Positions 43,267-55,175 of a stretch of 64,000 nt of DNA are shown in pieces. Both the position numbers and the translations under genes were made by a program. How positions within the stretch are numbered: the stretch's first letter is position 1; each line of letters opens with the position of its first letter. The notes beneath the pieces were generated by a model, which was given only the letters and a program-made list of their open reading frames with translations, was not told where the DNA came from and did no database searches. The DNA is from a virus (Duplodnaviria > Caudoviricetes). The stretch spans positions 32,001-96,000 of the IMG/VR virus record IMGVR_UViG_2700988794_000001. One strand, given 5' to 3'.

Positions 43267-43317
43267 TGCAACATGTTGCACTTAGGCCTTGCCAAAGGAT
43301 CGGTTCGTTGTTAATCT
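43267..43317 (+). promoter_or_regulatory. Palindrome + conserved promoter
   Basis: TGCAACATGTTGCA; TTGCCAAAGGATCGGTTC. Confidence 0.8.
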
Positions 43318-43335
43318 CTTATTACTGAAACGGAG

Positions 43336-43790
43336 ATGACGACCATGAGCCACTGGACAGAGAAGATGAACGAGGCGGAAGCAGCCGCCAGTGCCGCATG
43401 GGAACGCATGCAACAGGCCCGCAAGGATGGCAACCGCCGCGCCGAGAACAAGGCATGGCGGGAGCACTCCAAGCACAAGGATGCCGCCAGCCGCTTCCGC
43501 GCCTTCGCCAACCCCATGGAGGTTAGCGCCTCCGGTTTCGCATCGTAAGGAGAACCACCATGGCAGAGAAGCACAGCAACCTGATCGACCGCCGCGCCAC
43601 ACAGGAAGCCAAGGTAGGCATCTGCCAGTTGGCAGGCAAGCAGTGGGTCGAACTCCTTGACCCGGCAACGAAGGCACCTTACCGCTTCGCAGACAAGAAG
43701 ACCTGCATGAAGACGGTCACCCGCCTCGTGCTCAAGGGCACGCACAACATCATGCCTTTCAACGCATCGACCGGCGAACTGCTCGGCTAA
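43336..43790 (+). other. Two small hypothetical genes (43336..43548, 43560..43790)
   Basis: RBSs GGAG and GGAGAACCACC. Confidence 0.65.
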
Positions 43791-43820
43791 CAAGGGAGGG
43801 GGCTTAACGCCCCCTTTCTC

Positions 43821-44021
43821 TTAGAGTGGGTATTTGCAGCGTTCGATGATCGCAGCCGCGTCCACCGCAGGGTGGTTGGCCTCGATCCATTCCTGGAAGA
43901 GCGTGTCGTGGTCAGCCCTATAGGCGTAGCTGTCGCGCAGTTCTTCGCCAATGTCGTTGGCCCATGCCCGGAAGAGGTCGATGACTTCGGTGGAGGTGGG
44001 GAGGTTCGCAGGTATGTTCAT
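43821..44021 (-). CDS. Only convincing minus-strand gene; 66 aa hypothetical
   Basis: Minus-strand ACGGAGAACCACC-ATG; converges on hairpin 43793-43820. Confidence 0.7.
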   Translation of the reverse strand: MNIPANLPTSTEVIDLFRAWANDIGEELRDSYAYRADHDTLFQEWIEANHPAVDAAAIIERCKYPL

Positions 44022-44086
44022 GGTGGTTCTCCGTTGTTTGCCTGATCATATTGCCCTAGCGCCTCGCCGATCTCAAACGGTTTGTT

Positions 44087-44138
44087 TGCAACTTGTTGCA
44101 ATATATCCGTTGACAAAGGATCGGTTCGTTGTTAAGTT
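44087..44138 (+). promoter_or_regulatory. Palindrome + conserved promoter
   Basis: TGCAACTTGTTGCA; TTGACAAAGGATCGGTTC. Confidence 0.8.
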
Positions 44139-44163
44139 AAGAGCATAGAAACGGAGACGCCAG

Positions 44164-45301
44164 ATGTTCCACTTTGTGTTTTTCTACTGCGCCGCATTCC
44201 TGCCGCTCCTGGCAAGCGAAGTGATCAGCATGGCCATCTGGCGCGAAGATCGTGTTCGCGGCTACCGCCGCCGTTGGAAGAAGTGAGGAGAGCCGACATG
44301 GCCCGCAATATCCGCATCGACGCAAACAAGTGCTACTGGTTCAACACCCTGAACGACGCACTCGCCTCCGAGAACCTCGTAAACCTGTGGCCGTTCGGCA
44401 AGACCATGCTCTACGGCGAGACCGTGGGCTTCGCTGCCGCCGGGCGCTGGATCAGCGTCTATCGCTCCGAGAGCGGTCGCTATGAGCGGCCAATCCACTA
44501 CGCCACCCTGATGGAAGACACCTACCCCAGGGAGGCAGCGTAATGGCCAAGTTCAGACCGCATAGGGCTCGCTCGCCGACGCCATGGCGGAAGTGAAGGA
44601 AATAAACAACCGGGCGGCGCTGATCGCCCTGATCAAGGCAGAACTCGATCCCTTCAGCCCGGTCGAGCATCCGCTGGCGCAATACGACCGTGTCACGCTG
44701 GTCAAGCCCTACGGCTGGGATGAGCGCATTGGCTGGGAGACGCATATCGTCCTGGTCAGCGGCTACGGCGTCTTCGGCTTCACCGATGGACCACTGGAGG
44801 AATAGCCATGGGCCTCTCCTCCAGCAAGATAGAGGCTGCGTTGATCGCAGAGGGTGCCCACCCAAGCGTCAGCGTAGTGAGGCACAAGCAGCGTGGTAAG
44901 CCGTGGTATCAGATAGTGTCGCCTGACATACTGGCTGGCACAGTCATCGCCATGCGTGAAGACTGCACCGATCTAAAACTGTCCGACCCTATAGAGGAGT
45001 GGATAGCTGCTACAACCGAGAGAGAAAGGCATCGAGCCTATGAAGAAGGAATACACCATCCACATGGGCTCGTGCCCTCCGCCGGTCATCGAAGCTGATA
45101 GCGCCGAGGAAGCACTGGTCATTCTGCGCGAAGCCGCCAAAGAGCAGGGCATGTATCTCCCGGTCCCTTATACCGTCAAGGTGACCGCTGAAGACTTCGA
45201 AGGCGAGGTGACGGCGTGAGTGAGAACGTCCTCATCTGCGTACTGACAGTGGTCGTGATCGGCTACATCGCTTTCGTCCTGCACACGGTCGGCGCGTTTT
45301 A
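44164..45301 (+). other. Operon of small hypothetical genes (incl. 44298..44543, ~44543..44805, 44808..45098)
   Basis: Tandem coupled ORFs with RBSs. Confidence 0.55.
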
Positions 45302-45303
45302 GG

Positions 45304-45355
45304 TGCAACCTGTTGCACGGTAGTGGTTGACAAAGGATCGGTTTCTCGTTAGATT
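45304..45355 (+). promoter_or_regulatory. Palindrome + conserved promoter
   Basis: TGCAACCTGTTGCA; TTGACAAAGGATCGG..TAGATT. Confidence 0.8.
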
Positions 45356-45381
45356 ATAAGCATCAAAGGAGAACCACGCCA

Positions 45382-47729
45382 ATGAACACCACCTTCGCCC
45401 TGATCGCCTTCCTCGCCCTCAACCCTGCCGAACCGCAGGAGATGGACGCCTTCAAGATCGACTACGCCATGAGCGAGCAGGATTGCTACGAGGCAGTCAA
45501 GCACGTGCAGCGCTTCGAGATCGCTCCCGGCGTCACTGCCGTCATCCAGCCCGAGAACCTCTCATGCGAGGAGGAGTACAAGTGAGCGAGATAATCCTGA
45601 AGGTGAGCATCACCCTGTCCGATGAGCCTAGCCCGGACGAGCGTCGGGATGTCGAGCATTACATCGCCATGGCGCTGAAGAGCGTAGAGGGCATGCGTCC
45701 TACCCGGCGCGCGCCCCTCACCATCAATCGCGCTTTCATCGTGGAGGAAGAGAAGTGAGCATCGCCGCCATCATCGCAGCCGCTGCCGCATCCACGCAGA
45801 TGCAGATCATGCATCAGGAGCAGTTGCACCAAGCCGCCGCCTTCCTGTTGCGCCCGCAGCCCACGCGCTTGTCAGTGAGCAACGTCGATACCAGGAAGGC
45901 CGATCCTTCTATCCCGGCCCCTACGGAGTGGAAGCCATGAACACCGCCCTCCTCAAACTGGCAAGCGTTCGACGCCAAGGGTATCGCCGCTGGGACGTGC
46001 CCGGCAAGGCTGACAGATACGTCGCCTTCAAGTACACCACGCTCTACGCCAGCGGCAAGGCACGTGAGCGCTGGCTGGTCTGGCATATCCATCCGCACCA
46101 TAGTGGCAGTGGCGGCATCCATGTTGACTACTCGCAAAGGCACTATGCCGAGGCGCTGGATAAGGCGCTGACATGGGTAGGCCGTGCGTTCGATCCTGCC
46201 CGCGCAGTAGGAAGGAAGAAGCCATGACCCTGAAACTGTCCAAGCATATTCTCGATAGCGAGAAGAAAACCGAGGTCGCTATCAACGAGCTTGCTACGTG
46301 GCTCTACGAGAACAGTGCGGCCTTCGATGAGCCGGGCACGGTAAGCACGCAGTCTGCAAGGGCGCTGGCGGAACGCATGATAGAGGAGGCAAGCCGTGAG
46401 AAGCATCCGTCTCGATGACGCCCGGCGCACAGAGAGCCCTACCGAAAAGGTGATGATGTTCACCTGCCCGGAGCGCGACTTCATTGAGGGCATGGAGAGT
46501 GCCTGGAAGCTCGGCTACCTCGCAGGCGGCGGCAAGGATACGTTCGTGGATGTAGCATGGGGCATGTCAGAGATGCGTGCGCTCCTGATCGCCAGAGGAT
46601 ACGAAGCGTGAAACATGTTGCACGGCGAAACGTCCGCCTCGACGGGGAGCGCCAGCGGCCAGCCCCTGTACGCTACTACCAGTGCTCCGGCTGCAACCGG
46701 CGCTGCGATGATCCAGTATATGACTTGGATATGATCCGGGAAGCAGGGTGTATATCGTGCTGCCCTGAACGCAAGATGAAGCTATACGTCGATCACAAAC
46801 TGGTGAAGAAGTAGCCATGAGAAAAGTACGCCTGGAAGAACCGAAGCCGCCGTCCGAGACCACCATCGTCACGCTGTCTGTCCCGGCAGGCATCGACGTG
46901 GCCGATCTGGTCCGGCGCTACAACGAGCAGTGCGAAGCCAATGGCCTGCCGCCGATCCTCGACGCCAAGCTGGTGGATATCGAGAAGGCCAGATGGCCTG
47001 CCGCCTACCATGAGTACCGCGAGCGCCTGGAATACCTCAACCGTGGCAAGAAGCCCTCCACGCCCTTGACCATGGAGGTGTTCGGCACCAAGCTACAGCA
47101 GATTATGGAGCGCACCGGATGGCCTGCCAGTTCTGCCACCGGCCTGATCCTCATACAGGAGCACCCAGACATTGCCTAAGAGACATGTTCGCCTGGACGA
47201 TCAGCGCCAGAAGCCCAAAGTCAAAGAGACCAAGCTGAAGATCACGCCCCTATCCGACCTCACCCGAGAGGAGCTTGTCGAGCGTTGGGCTGGCATCAAT
47301 CGTATGAGCGTGGACATCGAGAGCATCGACTATGCATCGCTCATCCGACCCTCGGGCGCTGCCATCACTCCGGCCAGGGTACGCAACAGCATGATAGTCA
47401 ACACTGACGAGGGCGCTGTCTTTCGCTTGGAACTAGACGGCAACCCTATAGAGCTAACGCGAGATGTCATAGGCGGAAACCGCAGATCGGCACAGATCGG
47501 CAGGGACTACGGCATAGGCGGGTACGACACCGCCGAAAGCGGCTTCCTGCAAAGGGCACAGGAGATGACTACGCCGCGTCCTCCTGAAGCTCAGCGCGCC
47601 CGGCCTCCCTTTCCCGGCTGGTCAAACTGGTATCTCTCCCACACCGACGAAGACGGCAACCGCCATGAGGTCAGGGTGCATAACACCTCGGGCAACACAG
47701 AGCGCCGCGTGATCAGACGCATCCCTTGA
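45382..47729 (+). other. Operon of nine small genes (starts 45382, 45582, 45755, 45937, 46224, 46396, 46608, 46817, 47172)
   Basis: Overlapping starts and stops; last four begin with an R-x-[VI]-R-L-[DE] motif. Confidence 0.65.
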
Positions 47730-47733
47730 TCGG

Positions 47734-47785
47734 TGCAACCCGTTGCAACTTAGGTGTTGACAAAGGATCGTTCCCAAGTTAGATT
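47734..47785 (+). promoter_or_regulatory. Palindrome + conserved promoter
   Basis: TGCAACCCGTTGCA; TTGACAAAGGATCGTTCCCAAGTTAGATT. Confidence 0.85.
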
Positions 47786-47815
47786 TGATCATTGCCAACC
47801 AAGGGGAGAACCGCC

Positions 47816-48978
47816 ATGGCAGACGAAAGCTACATTGTCCTCTACCGCCTTGGCGGATGGGCCACTTGCGAGTGGAGACGCACCGCCAACATCATTGGCA
47901 CCCTGGAGCGCGCCGAGGCTGAAGTCGCCTCGTTGGAGCGCATGGGCTTCAAGGCCATTTACCGCACCCAGGCGGAGCACGACTTGATCGGCTTCCCGCT
48001 CGGCTGGCACTGGAAGGTCGTAGACCACGCCATGGACACCATCAACATCACCCCGTGGGAGAGCCAGCACAGCATCCACCCGTCGCGCTTCGAAGAAGTC
48101 CGTGCCCTGGTCGAGAGGGAGCGCCTGAAGTGAGAAGCTTCCAGGAGAGCAAAGACGCCATGCTGCACCACCTCGACGGCGCAGGCGAGCTTGGCTGGAT
48201 ATTCTCGCGGCTCTCCGCCTATGAGAAGGAAGTGGCGCATGCGCTCATCTCCGAGGGGCTGGCAGTGATCGCCAACAGTCGTCTTGTGCTGACAGAGGAA
48301 GGAAAGGAGCACCTGAAGTGAAGCCAGCCGTAGGTCAACAGGTCAGAGGGCGCTTGCCCTTCATCACGGGCATCAAAACCTGTGTCATCGTCGCCCGGCG
48401 CGTACCCAAGGAAGGCGAGTACGCCATGAGCAGGGACGGTTCGTTCTTCCGGCGGCAGGGCAGCAAGTTCCTCTCTAAGGTGGACGCCGCCCGCGAATAC
48501 TGGATCATAGAGGAAGTGAAATGACCCGAGAGCAACTCGAAGCCATGCGCAAGAGCGTCGAGACCAGCTTCCACTTCCATACGCGAGCCAAGGACAAGGC
48601 CGAGTATGATCGGAAGATGAACCGCAACGACAGTAGCCCGGAACGCGACATGCACCAGACGGTGGCCTGTGTCTGCAACGTGTTGCACAAGGCGCTTGTC
48701 GCCGCCATCAACGTCACGGCTGACGACAAATGAAGCGGCATGTCCGCCTAGACGACAACAAGCCCCGCCAGGGCAAGCGTAGGCCCCAGAGCGACTATGA
48801 GGCCTACCTGGGGCGGATATGCGGCTGCATGCACCCGAACGCACACCCGCCCTGCTCCGGCTGCACGAGCGCCATTGACGAAGAGCAGTTCGAAAAGGAA
48901 ATGGCCGAGGAACTGGCAGACTGCCTGTCCACCTATAGGGCCATAAGTCATATCATCGAGAGGCACCATGACTACTAA
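47816..48978 (+). other. Small hypothetical genes (starts 47816, 48130, 48318, 48521, 48730)
   Basis: Coupled GTGA/ATGA junctions. Confidence 0.6.
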
Positions 48979-49381
48979 GCACCACGCCCTTCCGGCTCCC
49001 TGCAAGTCCTGCCCCTACCGCAAGGACGTTCCTTCCGCCATATGGGCAGAGGAGGAGTACGAGAAACTACCCATGTTCGATGGAGAGATCGTAGAGCAGG
49101 TGATCAACGGCGGCACCCAGCTTTTCCTCTGTCATCAGCGCAACAACGCCTTGTGCTCCGGCTGGCTTGGCTGTCACGGCCCCGAGAACCTTCTAGCGCT
49201 CCGCCTGCATGGCAACGAGGTAGAGCCCGAGGTGTTCGACTACCAGACAGACGTGCCGCTCTTCTCCTCCGGCGCTGAAGCCGCCGCCCATGGCATGAAG
49301 GACATGGCCAAGCCCTCGGAAGCAGCCGAGCGTACCATGGGGCGTCTCCTGAAGAAGAAAGGTATCAAGACCCGTGATTGA
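48968..49381 (+). CDS. DUF6283-like Cys-rich protein
   Basis: PCKSCPYR.DVPS.IW...EY.KL..FD, F.CHQ....CSGW..CH. Confidence 0.7.
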   Translation: MTTKHHALPAPCKSCPYRKDVPSAIWAEEEYEKLPMFDGEIVEQVINGGTQLFLCHQRNNALCSGWLGCHGPENLLALRLHGNEVEPEVFDYQTDVPLFSSGAEAAAHGMKDMAKPSEAAERTMGRLLKKKGIKTRD

Positions 49382-49645
49382 CGAAATCGTAGCCAAGCAC
49401 GTCGCCCGGCAGCTAAGGCGCATCGCCTCCAACTGGTGTGACCACAACCACTTGTCCGGCCCTGAAGCCATACACCAATGCGCCAATGACCTGGACCCAC
49501 CGAAGGAGTGGTTTGATCCTGTAGCAGCCACGCTGCTTGGGTTCGTCAACGAAAGCCGTGTCAGTCGCGGCCTCCCTCCGCATCAGCGTCCAGGTGCGCC
49601 AGATGCACCTGACCTACCGAAAAGCAGGAAGGTCGATCTTAGCCC

Positions 49646-49687
49646 TTGACAAAGGATCGGTTCCAAGTTACTTTGCAACATGTTTCA
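49646..49687 (+). promoter_or_regulatory. Conserved promoter with a variant palindrome downstream
   Basis: TTGACAAAGGATCGGTTCCAAGT; TGCAACATGTTTCA at 49674. Confidence 0.75.
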
Positions 49688-49700
49688 AAGGGGAACCGAC

Positions 49701-52700
49701 ATGACTAAGAAGCCCACCATCACCATCGTCCTCAAGCCGGTCGAGCCCACCGCCGACGAACTGGCATGGGACCAGAAGGTTCGCAACGAAGCCGCACGCC
49801 GAGGAGGCGTCTATTAATGAGCTACAGCACGCTCTACATTCTCAACCAGAAGAGCACGCGCGAGGTCGCCGAGTACCGCAACGGATGGGGCAGCGGCCCT
49901 ATGTGCTGGGATTACCTCGCCGACAAGTACCTGGGGCATCTCAACTTCACTGACTATAACCGCACCGATTACATCGGCTTCGAGCGCAAGTGGAAGATGG
50001 TCTGGGATTTGGCCAACGATCCCAAGCTCCAGCGCTGCGAGCACATCGCCATGCGCATGACCTTTGACGGCGCATACGCTGCCAACGCAGACCTGAAAGA
50101 AGTCGGCGAGCTTTGCCAAGAGTTCTTTACCCTGGTCTGCAAGGACACGAAGCGGCTCGGCATGGTCAACCACTTCATGGTGCTCGGCCTCGACTTGGTG
50201 AAGCTCTCGAAAGAGCGGCGTCGTTCCCGGCACATGCGCGGCGCAGTGCTGAACTGCACGTCTGTCAATAACGTCTGGTGGACGCCGACCCAGGAACTGC
50301 TCGGCAAGGCGTGGTCGATCATGGATGAGTTCCGGTCTCAAGAAAAGGAATGGCTCGATGGCCTACGGTGATTACAATGGCCCTGACAAGCCCGACAAGG
50401 GCCATGAGGGCGGTTCCTGCAACAGAGGGCGGTGCCAGTCCTCTCCGGCCCTCTACTACAACCACGGCTCATTCTCGTGGTACTGCCTCGATTGCCGGAA
50501 CCAGATCGCCCTCGACCCGGTCAACCGCAGAAGCTGGCAGAAGGACTTCGAGCCCACGTGCCATCATCAGCAGTTCGAGACCCGCGCCGAGATGGACAAG
50601 CGCAAGGCCGAGGCGCACCTCTACGAGGAGTTCGATGACTGCGTCTGGAGCGGCCTCTACTGTAACAGCGTGACCGCCCACGACATGATGATCGACCTGA
50701 TGATCAAGCATGACCTCGGCTTCATGCAGAACCCCGGCGGCGGACAGTTCACCCACCGTGCAACAGGTTTCAACTGCCAAGTCACCTTGTGTGACGAAGT
50801 CCTGGACCTGAACACCCTCCGCAACGCCATCAAGGAGAAGTTCGGTGCCTCCACTGAATAAGAACGCCGCCTTGCTCGAAGCCATCCGTGGCGATGGCGA
50901 GCACGGCACCATCAAAGAGCACCGGGATTTGCTCATCAACCTCCGAGACGGCGCGCTGAAGGGCGGTCATTTCGAATGGGCAGTTCCCCTTTCCCACACC
51001 ATAGCCTACCTGTCCAAGCTGGCAGAGGCCGCAGGAGTTGAAGTCTGATGCCACAAGTTTACATCCCCGAAATCGGCGACCTCTGGAAGCTGGAAACGCC
51101 CTGGGATTTCACCCTTTATAACGAGTATCGCAACAGCGATCTCTGGGAAGCCTGAACGCTGACCACCATCCGTCACTCCAGGCCGTCCGCGACCAAGTCG
51201 CCGCTGTGGACGCCGAGATGAGGGCTCTCGAAAACAGCATGATCACGCAGCCCGTCCCTCATACCGTCTGGCGCAGCGGACGCTACGAGGAAGTCACCCA
51301 CCAGCGGAAGGTCTTTCCCAGCGCAGAAGTCCAGAACCGCTTCTACGAGTTGCGCAATGAGCGCTACGGGCTCTGGAATAACCGCAGCATACCGGCCACC
51401 CTCCCGCGCGGCACAATCCTCCGGGTGGATCGCATCTACATCCGCAAGGGCAACGAGGATTACTCCTCGCTGTCGTTCTACATCACAGAGACGGCCCATG
51501 CGGCGCTTCAGCCGGTCAAGACGAAGAAGGGCTTCAAGAAAGGCCGGAAGCGTTTCTGGGCCAAGCTCGCAGAGGTGAACACCCTCCGCGTCGAACACGT
51601 GCAACCTGTTGCAGAGGTGGCAGCGTAATGCGCTCTTGGTCGATCCAGGTCCACTACCAGACGCAAGACGATGCGGGGCGCACCTTTCGCGCTACCGCCG
51701 TCTTCCACTGCGAAGCCGCCGACATTCCGTCCGCCTATCAGGCGGCAGCAGAAGCGTTCGGTCCCGACAAAAAGCTTGGCGCGATCATGCCGGGCAAACA
51801 CTTGAGGTTCCCATGACTGTCTTCGACGCCAGCCACTATACGTGGCCCTATTCGGTCAAGTACCTGCAAGAGACGCCGATGTTCTCCGATTGGATGATCT
51901 TTGGCGAGTACCCTGGCACTGACCTCGTGGATATCGCCGACACTGCGCGTGGTAACTCTGACATCATGCTCAAGGTGCCGCGTGCCAAGGCCGAAAAGAT
52001 CGTGGCGGCTCGCGAGGAGTTCGCCCGCAAGCTGCTCGTCATAATGAACGATACGGAGCCGACATGAACGTGCAGAACCAAGTCATCTCAGCCTGATCCG
52101 GGGTTTGGGCTACCGGGTGGCGCGTGGCTTGCCATGGTGGCTTGCCGCGCTTGTCCTCCTCGGCTTCTATCTCTTCGGAGGCAAGGCATGAGCAAGAACC
52201 TCGATAAAGGATGGCGCTGCTTTCACTGCGATGAGTTCTTCGAGCACTCGCAAGCGGCCCGTGAGCACTTCGGCTATACCGAAGACGCCAAGCCCGCCTG
52301 CCTGATCGCCAACGCTGATCGCGGCCTCCTCAAGCAACTGAGAGAGACCGAACGCGAGCTTGCCAACCTCTGGGTATCCGTGCACAACGAAGGCACTGAA
52401 GCCGCCCGCGCAATGCTGGCGCAGGACAGTCGGCACTACACCCAACTCATCCAGGCTGAAGAAAGCGGATACGCTCGCGCGCTCCGAGACGCCGCCGAGG
52501 CGCGGGAATTCCGGCACGGGCAACACCTCTTCAACAAGGCCCAAGAGCTTGGGTGGAAGCAGGACGATACAGAAGGCCCCTACGAGTTCGTATCCCGCAA
52601 GCATTACGAGCAGGGATGGGAAGATGCCAAGAAGCAGGAGGGCGGAGAGCGATGATCACCAAGATAAGAATGCTGGCAGCGACAACGCTGATGTGGATCG

Positions 52701-53354
52701 GCGCTAACGTAGGCCCACGAGAGATGCGCCCTGTCATCACGAGTATGATCGACGCTTGGGCTGGCATCCCCGGCCAACGTCACCAAGGCCGCACGGGCGG
52801 CTTGATCATGGCTCCCTGGTGGGTAGACATCAAAGGCGAGAACCTTGCCCGGCAGCAGTACAAGGAATGCACCCAGACCGCCTACCACGTCCGGCAGTAC
52901 ATTGAGAACCCTCCTCCGCCTGGATTGTGCGGCGAGATACCCCTTCCACTGGAGCCGAGGGACGTGCCATGAGCCGCGTCAGCAACTTCTGCATCATCGG
53001 CCCTTCCGCCTACGAGGGAGACTACCTTCAGCAACTGAATAATGCCCTCTTCGACCTTGGTACTAATGATCAGTTTTTCTCGCATCTGACCGGAGAGGGC
53101 GGCGCTAAGCACTACGAGTGGTTTATCTACGGCATGGCGGGCGACTTCATGGACGAGACGATGGTCATGGCCGCTATGCAGGCGGTGCCCTGGGAGAACC
53201 GGCTGGCGTCATTCTCGTATATAAAGAGCAGGATGACGAGGCACCTCACGTCCTGGAGTGGCGGGAAAGCATGGAAGACGAACCTGTGGTCCGTCCGCCC
53301 CCGCCTCAGACCATGAAGCAGCCGAAGGGATCGCGGAAGACCCGCATCGACTGA
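49701..53354 (+). other. Operon of small hypothetical genes (starts 49701, 49817, 50358, 50845, 51048, 51628, 51813, 52188, 52652, 52969)
   Basis: Tandem coupled ORFs; two carry apparent frameshifts. Confidence 0.6.
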
Positions 53355-53355
53355 G

Positions 53356-53407
53356 TGCAACTTGTTGCAAGGGAATGCTTGACAAAGGATCGTTCCCTTG
53401 TTACTCT
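53356..53407 (+). promoter_or_regulatory. Palindrome + conserved promoter
   Basis: TGCAACTTGTTGCA; TTGACAAAGGATCGTTCC. Confidence 0.8.
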
Positions 53408-53431
53408 ACATCATTGAATAGGAGAACCACC

Positions 53432-54966
53432 ATGCTCATGAAACTCGTTGTCGAGAGCACTAAAAAGGTAGACTACGGCACCCAAAAGGCCGAGATCACC
53501 TTCAAGGGCAGTTCGCCAGAAGGCGTGGCGCGCGCCGTCGAGCGCTACTTGCGCGACCTCGGCATGAACGGCCCGTCCTACTCCTACACCCTTGAGCAAC
53601 TGGTGGATAAGCGGTGAGCAGGCATACGTGGCAAGAACTGGTGGCTCCGCACGTCCGGCGCTTCACCGTAGCGGCCAAGTTCGGCGGCTCGGCGTCCTGG
53701 AATGCAGAGGGCTCCGCTGCCATGGCAGAACTGCTCTCCACCATGGCCAAGATCATTGACGAAGAAGTGCTCGCCCGGTCGCATGAGGGCGTTGCCCAGG
53801 CCGAAGCCCGCGCTCTCGGCAATAAGGCCGCACAGAAGCTCGTAGAGGCCCTAGAGAGGGATATGCGGCGCATGCACGGCATCATACCGCCGGAATACAA
53901 GCTCGTCGCCAAGCTCTACAAGGCGCACAGGAGGGGCAAGTGAACAGACGCGTCCGGCTGGCAGACAGAGCGCCGAAGTCCTTCAAAGAGAGGATGATCC
54001 AGGCCGCAAAGGAAGGCGAGGAGCTTCGCCGGGCAAAGGTCGTCAAGAAGTTATGGCGGCTCTCCCAGAGGGACCGGTCGGAGTACGACACTTATGACCG
54101 CGCCGTCGTGGTTGCCGTCAACGAAGACATGGCCAGACGGATACATCCGAACAATCCGGCAGCAGCGGATTATGATTGGAGCAAAGACGACACATGGGCT
54201 CGCTCTCCAGAGCACGTGACCGTCAAGTACCTCGGCATATGTGAAGACGACAGTTATGATCTGGGAGATGTCGTCTGTGAGAGTTTTAACGCAGGCTGAA
54301 AGGAGCCAAAATGAGTACGCATATCATGCATTACGTTGTCTGGGGCGTGAAGCTTCCCGACTTCGACCACGATGAGCAGGAGGAGCTTATCGACAAGTAC
54401 AAGTCCGACCGGTATTCCCGCAAGAAGACCAAGCAGGACAACGCGGTCGATGATATCTCGCTGGTCTGCTCCGGCATGGACGACTTCGAGTATTTCGCCG
54501 GGCACGTCGCCCGCATGGCCGATGGCTACGATGGCGAGGGCATCGACTACATCAGCCTGCCCGCGATCCCCGAGAAGGCAGACGAGTGGATGCAGGCCAC
54601 ATTCCGGCTCTGTGAAAAGCTCGGCCTGCCAAAGCCCGCCGGATACGATTTCGGCTGGCACGTTTTCACGCAGTGGACTTAACCGGCGAGGAGCCAACCA
54701 TGAAAGAGTACCTGTTCTACATCGCGGAAGAAGATGAAACCAAAGGCACGCCCGTGCTGATCGTCTCCCGCGAATATTGGGAAGCGGAACACGCCATCGA
54801 AAGCGTGCACCTCTTTGACGACCTCCAGGATCGTCTTCCCGAGTGCATCAGCGATGAGCTTGCCGAAAGCATGTTCGTCTCTGACAAGGGCCGCGATGAC
54901 ACCAAGGCCGACATGGAAGCCGCTGGTTTCATCTGGGAACCGGCACTGGCCAACGCGGGTCAATAA
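53432..54966 (+). other. Operon of small hypothetical genes (starts 53432, 53614, 53940, 54311, 54700)
   Basis: RBS-preceded tandem ORFs. Confidence 0.65.
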
Positions 54967-54988
54967 CCCGTCCGGGCTAGCCCGAAAG

Positions 54989-55118
54989 AACCCTATCAAA
55001 TGTCAGTGATCAGGGTTACAAGTGTCGCCGTGGGTGTTGGGGTTTCAGTTGCGCCCACGGAACGACCTGTTAGTGAGCGAGTAACAGGAGCCCTTCTATT
55101 CACCCTTTCGAAGGGTTC
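54989..55118. ncRNA. Putative four-hairpin structured RNA
   Basis: AACCCT/AGGGTT, CCGTGGGTGT/GCGCCCACGG, CCTGTTA/TAACAGG, AGCCCTTC/GAAGGGTT stems in tandem. Confidence 0.4.
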
Positions 55119-55175
55119 CTGTTGCAACCTGTTGCATGCCGCGCTACGGTAGATTTAGCAACAGGAGAGGGCTCT

